This document shows, one piece after another, positions 62,760 to 64,000 of a stretch of DNA of 64,000 nt. Where the stretch lies: NCBI GenBank assembly GCA_964252035.1, contig OZ176206.1, one strand, 5' to 3'. Each line of letters begins with the position of its first letter. Position 1 is the first letter of the stretch. The notes below the pieces were generated by a model that was not told the origin of the DNA, did no database searches, and saw only the letters and a program-made list of their open reading frames with translations. Source of the stretch: Podarcis erhardii (taxonomy: Eukaryota). The position numbers were made by a program, and so were the translations under genes.

Positions 62760-62925
62760 GAACCCCACTGAACTTGAAGCATGGGAAGCCCCAACAAAAA
62801 ATTATAATTTGGCAGAATATTTGGACTATATGATATGTATTTGTATAATTTGGAATACTTAATGTGATTTGATTGGATTGTTAAAATGGAAAATTTAATA
62901 AAAAACATTTTTGTTAAAAAAAGGA
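62760..62925 (+). mobile_element. L1-like 3' end fragment
   Basis: AT-rich tail ggaaaatttaataaaaaacatttttgttaaaaaaa resembles the 3' ends at 4750 and 16520. Confidence 0.45.
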
Positions 62926-64000
62926 AACTTCACAAAGGTGAAATTTGCATTCATTGCTCCACCTACTTTTGCCTCTGACCCCTCTCACCACTTGCATGTG
63001 GCTCCAAAAAGGTTGCCCAGAGGGGAATGTGGCTCTTAGTGTGAAAAAGGTTCCCCATCCCTGCTATAGATATGTCAGTTTTGCTGCTGTTCAGTATATT
63101 AGAATCTCTTCTGTTAAGATTCCTTGCATTGAAGGGGGTTGGACTAGATGACCCTTGGGGTGCCTTCCAACTCTACCATTCTGTGATTCTGGATTTGCTC
63201 CCTCATGTTTTTCTCCTGCCTTTCCTGGGATATCTGGATAGCACCATCCTCTGAGGTAACTTAGGGTGAGAGAGGGCGACTCACCTAAGCCGACTGAGAG
63301 CTCATCCACACTTCATTTTGTGCCACATTTCTAGACACAGGTCTGGGCTTCCCAGGTCCGTGTTTAAGCTTTTATTTTTGTCCTGGCACTTCCCCCAGGA
63401 AAGGCCACATTTTACCTGTCAGTTGGAGCAAACAGCAATGCATGGAAAACCAATTGCCGTTTGCTCTGATTTAGCAGTAAAATGTGGTTTTCCCTGGAGA
63501 AAACGCCAGGACCAAAACAAAACAAAAAACGCCTAGAAAGTGCAAAGCAAAGGTGAGTGTGGATGAGCCTTGAGTGAACTTTGAGACTCAGCAAAGATTT
63601 GAAGCTCGGTTTCCTACAACCAAACAGTTCCCCAAAATTGCAGTTGGCGGCGGTTGCCCCAATATCTCTTTTATCTGGGAAAACCTCCCTGCCAGTTGAG
63701 CCTTTGTGTTCACAACAGCTTTGTCCTGACTGGCTTGCACCCCCCCCCTTTTATCTGTCTCAGGGTTGGCAGGTGATCAATAACCCAGCAGCAAATATTT
63801 AATCTCTTTCTCCTCACTTTAATTGTCCCTCGGTGAAATCGTTAATTGTCGCTTAGCCGTTCCCATCTCCAGATACATGCTCACTGATGCTCTGTAGATT
63901 CTAATCTGTCCCCCACAGGACTGCTTGAACGGAAAGGTAGCTAACTAACTCTCTCTTTCTCTGGTTATAAGGGCAGATATTCCTGGAGAAGAATTTAGTG

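Overview
Vertebrate genomic DNA, very probably a lacertid lizard (inferred from Sauria SINEs, Squam3-like SINEs, CR1, L2, L1, Penelope elements and Tc1/mariner and hAT MITEs). Two genes lie on the + strand. KLHL17 (actinfilin; BTB-BACK-6xKelch) has 11 coding exons resolved between 13186 and 30348, giving 590 aa from the ATG at 13235, and its intron after 13445 needs a GC donor. PLEKHN1 follows, with coding exons 1-2 at 46253-46332 and 52071-52170; the rest of the gene runs beyond or was not found in the window. The upstream first exon of KLHL17 was not identified; a CpG-rich patch at about 11400-12120 is a candidate promoter. Most other sequence is transposon-derived, often nested. Highlights: a near-perfect 93-bp Penelope inverted repeat with a minimal hammerhead-ribozyme motif on each strand inside a PLEKHN1 intron; a degenerate 73-bp tandem array downstream of the KLHL17 stop carrying four CATTTCA (miR-203 seed-match) sites; a three-level CR1>MITE>L1-like nest whose 1.74-kb L1-like insert has both ends and a 17-bp TSD but no long ORF; a solo LTR with three AP-1 sites; an unexplained 54-bp-arm hairpin; and a consensus CTCF motif before the last KLHL17 exon. 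A 191-N assembly gap lies at 30727-30917. Apart from the exon-containing and TE-derived ORFs, the supplied ORF track is spurious. TE family names and human exon sizes are recalled, not searched.
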